A DNA stretch of 64,000 nucleotides, taken from NCBI GenBank assembly GCA_001773215.1, contig MEWB01000001.1:69964-133963 (forward strand), read 5' to 3'. Positions within the stretch are counted from its first letter, which is position 1. Every line of letters begins with the position of its first letter. The position numbers were made by a program, and so were the translations under genes. Origin of the DNA: a candidate division WWE3 bacterium RIFOXYC1_FULL_40_10 (GTDB lineage Bacteria > Patescibacteriota > WWE3 > UBA101185 > UBA10185). A model generated the notes under the pieces. The model made no database searches. It was not told where the DNA came from and was given only the letters and a program-made list of their open reading frames with translations. Below are positions 59,992 through 64,000 of this stretch, one piece after another.

Positions 59992-60768
59992 ATGCAGCTT
60001 TTTGACGGTAATTACCAGGGGTCACTCCTAGATCAACAAATAAAAAAACATATACAGAGTTTTCCATGCAGAAACAGGCTTGGGATTGTTCAAATAGGTG
60101 ACAATTCTTCGTCAACCAAGTATGTGTTTCTTAAAAAGAAGAAGTGTGAGGAATTAGGAATTGAGTGCCTGGTATTTAAGTATGATTCGGAGCTATCTAT
60201 GGAAGAGCTCAAAAGTCATGTAGAAATTATTGCAAAAGATCCTTATATTTCTGGATTTATAATTCAGCTGCCCTTGCCGTTGGGGAAATACGATTTTCTA
60301 ATAAAACTGATCCCCTCCGAGAAGGACATCGACAATTTAACTAACTCTTTAACTTTCGATTCTCCGGTAGTCAGGGCGCTTGGGTATTTCTTAGACTGGG
60401 GAAAAATATCACTGAAAAACAATGAAGTATGTGTCATCGGTGATGGAAACTTAGTCGGAAAGCCGTTGGCTAAATACTGCGAAAAAAAGGGAGCGGGGGT
60501 AACTGTTAATACCAACTACAAAACGGGTGACAAAATAACAGCAGACTTGATAATAGTTGGAGTTGGAATTCCGGGATTAGTAAAAGGTGAGGATGTTAAG
60601 CAAGGGGCTAACGTGGTGGATTTTGGTTCGGCAGTTGTTGAGGGTAGAGTAATGGGGGATTTTGATGTTGCCTCACATTTATCACACCTTGGCATAATTT
60701 CCCCATCTCCAGGGGGTCTGGGGCCTTTAGTGGTAAGATACCTGATAATGAATTTTCTAGGTATTTAG
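59992..60768 (+). CDS. folD: Bifunctional methylenetetrahydrofolate dehydrogenase/cyclohydrolase
   Basis: LGIVQIGDNSSSTKYVFLKKKKCEELGIEC, GFIIQLPLP and SPSPGGLGPLVVRYLIMN align with the FolD conserved blocks. ATG at 59992, downstream of the TTG used by the ORF track. Confidence 0.85.
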   Translation: MQLFDGNYQGSLLDQQIKKHIQSFPCRNRLGIVQIGDNSSSTKYVFLKKKKCEELGIECLVFKYDSELSMEELKSHVEIIAKDPYISGFIIQLPLPLGKYDFLIKLIPSEKDIDNLTNSLTFDSPVVRALGYFLDWGKISLKNNEVCVIGDGNLVGKPLAKYCEKKGAGVTVNTNYKTGDKITADLIIVGVGIPGLVKGEDVKQGANVVDFGSAVVEGRVMGDFDVASHLSHLGIISPSPGGLGPLVVRYLIMNFLGI

Positions 60769-60770
60769 GC

Positions 60771-61202
60771 TTACCTGGTAATTTCCAAAAGCAGGCCATT
60801 TTCAGCCAAAGGGGCAGTGAGTGTTATAAAACTGCCGTTTTCCGAGTGAACCCAATAGCCCGACCCGTTTACCGAGGTTGAGGAGGGATCTACAGGAATT
60901 GCACTAATATATTTGGAAACCCTCACTAGGGAGCCTAAATCTAATAATCCCGAGCATGCCATACTGTCACTTCTACAGATTTCAATAGGTGTGGGAGTTA
61001 TTCCCGTAGGCAAACTTCCCTTATCGATAGCGTACTGTGAAATTGTTAACGAAATTGAATGTAAATCAACCCTACGCCTTGTGTTTCTGGAGTCACCGAG
61101 ATATTTCTGAGGATTGATGACCATTAATGCCAATCCGGCTAGTATTCCTATAATAGTTATAACTACCAGAAGTTCTATTAATGTGAAGGCAGGTTTTTTC
61201 AT
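60771..61202 (-). CDS. Type IV pilin / pseudopilin with class III signal (prepilin peptidase site)
   Basis: MKKPAFTLIELLVVITIIGILAGLALMV is the canonical G-F/A-T-L-I-E-LLVV N-methylation motif followed by a hydrophobic helix. Confidence 0.8.
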   Translation of the reverse strand: MKKPAFTLIELLVVITIIGILAGLALMVINPQKYLGDSRNTRRRVDLHSISLTISQYAIDKGSLPTGITPTPIEICRSDSMACSGLLDLGSLVRVSKYISAIPVDPSSTSVNGSGYWVHSENGSFITLTAPLAENGLLLEITR

Positions 61203-61261
61203 GTGTGTAGATTCTATCAAAAAAATAGCCCCCCATAAATAAATACAGGGGGCATTTCAGA

Positions 61262-61957
61262 TTATCCGTCAACCCTCAAATACCAAGGAGCCATTTCTTT
61301 CCAATGAATTAATTTGGTAGCCGTATCGTAGAAAGGATCATCCCCAATGGTGTCCCGGATCCAATTGACAATCGAACTAAGTGCTTTGGGATTGCGGCTG
61401 GATCTGATGATATATGGATACTGAGTCGAAAGACTGTCCAATGTAGTCGATGGCCGTGTAAACTGAAGGCGCTTTTTGTCGGATGGGTCAAAATAGAAGT
61501 GGGCGACACCCCAATCCCCAGAGGTTTCTCCCTCGTACTCACAACCCAGTGCTTTTGCAAAAGCATCCGCCAGGCTCATTCTAAATACGTTCGCAGAGAA
61601 ATGATCAAATGACGGTTCTTTGGCTGGAGTAGAAACGAGCTCCAAGGACATGGCATCCTGGAAGTTGATGAAAACCTTTGATCCTGCTGGTTCAAATTGC
61701 AGGGTAATGCCCCGTTCGAACCCCCATGTAACTAATCTTGAGAGTGTTTCAGATAATTTTGGTACACGAATTCCCAAGTGATAGCCTGTTAAAGATGGTG
61801 CTGATCCTATTTCTCTAGCAACTTTGACTACACTTACCATGCCTCTGTCGTACCAATTTGGCCAAATCTCGGTAAGTACAGCCAGCGCAGCGGACTTGGG
61901 TTCCATATAGAACTGAGGAACAATAGCTACCTCCAACTTCGATAAACTGTTAGTCAT
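61262..61957 (-). CDS. Hypothetical protein (231 aa), GC-richer than its surroundings
   Basis: Long ORF with protein-like composition. No family recognised. Confidence 0.45.
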   Translation of the reverse strand: MTNSLSKLEVAIVPQFYMEPKSAALAVLTEIWPNWYDRGMVSVVKVAREIGSAPSLTGYHLGIRVPKLSETLSRLVTWGFERGITLQFEPAGSKVFINFQDAMSLELVSTPAKEPSFDHFSANVFRMSLADAFAKALGCEYEGETSGDWGVAHFYFDPSDKKRLQFTRPSTTLDSLSTQYPYIIRSSRNPKALSSIVNWIRDTIGDDPFYDTATKLIHWKEMAPWYLRVDG

Positions 61958-62095
61958 AATAGTCTCCTTTTTTTTATGACGGTGCTTTGTTCGGGCAATT
62001 ATACTACAGGATCACTGTATTTTCCATATTGACTGTATCTGTCATTAAGCATATCTTCTTAATAAGTTTGTCATATGAATTAAAGGAGAAAAAAA

Positions 62096-62548
62096 ATGAA
62101 ACATTTCCACAGAGTTCTACCGTTTGTAAATGCCCTAGTGATTTGGCATACGAACCATATCCTGATTGGTCGCACCACTAGCTCACCCGTCAAACCCTAC
62201 CCGCGCTTTTGGGACCTTCCTGGTGGGAAGGTGTCTCGTGAGGAGCAGCCCGACGAAGCTATTATGAGGGAACTTCGGGAGGAGTTGGGGATTGAAGCCG
62301 TGCTGGGAAAAGGTGTCTTTGCTAGTTTTCACCATAACGGTTTTGTTCGTTTGCCGGAATGTACGAACGAGGTTCCTGGTTTAGGGTTATGTTACTTGGT
62401 TAAGGAGTGGGCTGGGGAAATAGTAGGGGTTGAGCAGGAAGAAGTACATTTTGCGGATGAATTTGAACTGAAAAGTTTATATGCCACAATGACCCCCTGG
62501 TCTGCGTATTTCATCAGAAGATACTTATATGAATTGGGAACCAGCTAG
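62096..62548 (+). CDS. NUDIX hydrolase
   Basis: Nudix box GKVSREEQPDEAIMRELREELGIEA (Gx5Ex7REUxEExGU). Confidence 0.8.
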   Translation: MKHFHRVLPFVNALVIWHTNHILIGRTTSSPVKPYPRFWDLPGGKVSREEQPDEAIMRELREELGIEAVLGKGVFASFHHNGFVRLPECTNEVPGLGLCYLVKEWAGEIVGVEQEEVHFADEFELKSLYATMTPWSAYFIRRYLYELGTS

Positions 62549-62595
62549 TAACCAACCCGGAACTGTGGTACAACGCTAAAAGAGGAGATGATTAA

Positions 62596-63039
62596 ATGGA
62601 TAGTAACCGACTAAGGCAACTGATTTTGGAAACGATTTCTGAGGCTTTCGTGAGCGATAACTCTTATCCGAATGGTCCTACTATTTGGAAGACCTTGAGA
62701 GAGAAGGGAATTGAGGTCGCACCCGAGGAACTTGTATCTATGTTAAACCTCCTCGAGAGGGAAGGTGAGATCGGAAGAGCAGGGCATTATTTCAGATTGA
62801 AGGCCAGTAGAGATACTGAACGTGGGTCAACTTGTCCGAAATGTGGTGGGCATGTCATCAATTTGGGCAGAATGAATGTATACACACCGCATGGGAATGT
62901 GTCAGCCGATGTTTTCATGTGCGAGACGTGCGTTCATGAGGTACCGTATCCTGAAGAAGGGTGCACTTGGCCTCTTGAGTTTGCATTCATCAACGGGAAG
63001 GTGGTTTATCTGAGGCCTTCCGCAAGCGAGTTCGCCTAA
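62596..63039 (+). CDS. Hypothetical protein with a C-terminal Cys4 zinc ribbon
   Basis: SD aaaagaggag upstream. CPKCGG...CETCVHE. Confidence 0.5.
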   Translation: MDSNRLRQLILETISEAFVSDNSYPNGPTIWKTLREKGIEVAPEELVSMLNLLEREGEIGRAGHYFRLKASRDTERGSTCPKCGGHVINLGRMNVYTPHGNVSADVFMCETCVHEVPYPEEGCTWPLEFAFINGKVVYLRPSASEFA

Positions 63040-63053
63040 CACAAGGAGGTCAT

Positions 63054-63278
63054 ATGTCAGCTAACTGTCCTCACTGTGGATGTGTACCAATGGAGAATGT
63101 TGGTAGAGAAGGTAAGTGCCCTAAATGTGGGAGACCGCTAAGAAGGAACATCTTCTATTCAGCCAATTCGAGTACAGCTGTTTGCCCGTCTTGTGCGAGC
63201 AGAATTAGTTTATCTATAGAAGAGTTTTTTGATTGTTCCAATTGTGGTGCTGCTCTGCAGAAGACTGAGATTCTTTGA
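63054..63278 (+). CDS. Small double zinc-ribbon protein (four CxxC pairs)
   Basis: CPHCGC...CPKCGR...CPSCAS...CSNCGA. SD caaggaggt upstream. Confidence 0.5.
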   Translation: MSANCPHCGCVPMENVGREGKCPKCGRPLRRNIFYSANSSTAVCPSCASRISLSIEEFFDCSNCGAALQKTEIL

Positions 63279-63391
63279 TAGTTTGTCATATAACCTAAGT
63301 GTTTTTCTCCCTGCACTTAGGTTTTTTATTTCCCGGATAATATACCTTCATGTTAAGATATTCTAAATAATAAGTTTAAAGGAGAAAATTT

Positions 63392-63601
63392 GTGAAAACA
63401 TACCGGATATATATTAAACCCTACGATCCAAGAGCTTCAGTTGTTATTAGTTCAGTAACAAATAGAGAATCTACGGGTAAAGACACTGGCGACGGGGGAA
63501 TTATGACATGTATCTGTGAAGAGGTGCAATTGTATAAGGTTGTACAAGCTTTAGAGACATCTGATATTTTGTCTTTGGAGAAGGTAGTTGTATTACCTTA
63601 G
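63392..63601 (+). CDS. Hypothetical small protein (69 aa, GTG start)
   Basis: SD aaaggagaaaa before the GTG. No family recognised. Confidence 0.35.
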   Translation: MKTYRIYIKPYDPRASVVISSVTNRESTGKDTGDGGIMTCICEEVQLYKVVQALETSDILSLEKVVVLP

Positions 63602-63659
63602 ATTTTTTAGATATATAAAAGGTCAGCAAACTCAGCCGGCCTTTTCGTTTATCATAACT

Positions 63660-63733
63660 TGGCAGGGACGAGGCGAATCGAACGCCTGTTATCGGTTTTG
63701 GAGACCGAAGTCCTACCACTGAACGACGTCCCT
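63660..63733 (-). tRNA. tRNA-Trp (anticodon CCA)
   Basis: The reverse complement folds as agggacg (acceptor) ... anticodon stem tcggt/accga with loop ctCCAaa ... T-arm ggcgttcgattcgcc ... cgtccct-g-CCA. Confidence 0.8.
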
Positions 63734-63828
63734 ATGGTGTTACGTATTGGATTATAACCACCAATGATTTACAACACAAGAAGCGACCTTTCGGCCGCTT
63801 CAAGTTTTTATTATTTCCTATTCAGAAA

Positions 63829-64000
63829 TTAACGATCCTCTCTCATTGGTCTTGCTACGTTAATGTTCAATGGTCTTCCACTGAAGTCTGTGCCATTTAG
63901 TTTAGCTATAGCGTCTTGAGCTTTAGAGTCGTCTTCTAATTCGACGAATCCGAATCCTTTACTTCTTCCAGTTGCCTTATCGGAAATTATTGTGCTTGAT
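63829..64000 (-). CDS. RRM-domain RNA-binding protein, C-terminal part (gene continues beyond the window end)
   Basis: The minus-strand translation ...ISDKATGRSKGFGFVELEDDSKAQDAIAKLNGTDFSGRPLNINVARPMREDR* contains the RNP-1 octamer KGFGFVEL. Stop at 63829-63831. Confidence 0.7.
   Translation of the reverse strand, partial: SSTIISDKATGRSKGFGFVELEDDSKAQDAIAKLNGTDFSGRPLNINVARPMREDR

Noticed and set aside
63786-63815. Hairpin aagcgacc-tttc-ggccgctt followed by a T-run between the RRM-protein gene and tRNA-Trp
   Set aside because: The T-run is on the plus strand, where no gene ends. On the minus strand (where the genes lie) the hairpin is not followed by a U-tract. Function unclear, so not called as a terminator.

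Overview
This is an AT-rich, gene-dense bacterial window using the standard code; TGA functions as a stop. The gene content resembles a small-genome CPR/Patescibacteria-type organism, but that assignment is inference from content only. Features that point this way are two sortases with an LPXTG substrate, a type IV pilin, scattered competence genes (comEA, split comEC, dprA, comM), GT-C/WecG/O-antigen-ligase-like envelope genes and unusually large surface proteins. Housekeeping genes present are rho, obg, argS, ndk, an adk-like kinase, folD, nusG-secE-rplK-rplA and a separate rplJ-rplL pair. Five tRNAs are present: Ala, Ser, a cryptic Arg(CCT), Pro, and Trp on the minus strand. The two loci I rate most interesting are: (1) two tandem giant minus-strand genes (1799 aa and 3283 aa). 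The first has an N-terminal HTH domain, one TM helix, a tail-fibre-like repeat region and a phage-type intramolecular-chaperone (S74-like) domain. The second is an N-anchored multi-LamG/ConA-like repeat protein. They are transcribed from a near-consensus promoter that overlaps 13-nt direct repeats. (2) A divergently transcribed, tightly coupled F-type-ATPase-like operon (b, delta, alpha, gamma, beta, epsilon) that lacks any recognisable a subunit. Its first gene ends in a c-subunit-like hairpin with no ion-binding carboxylate, and its delta and epsilon subunits are truncated. The whole ~23.7 kb block sits between rplA and rplJ, which are normally adjacent. Two GC-rich patches, at the left end (~1.5-3.6 kb) and the right end (~61.3-63.3 kb), look horizontally acquired. 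Translations were compared by eye to remembered family motifs only; no searches or computations were run.
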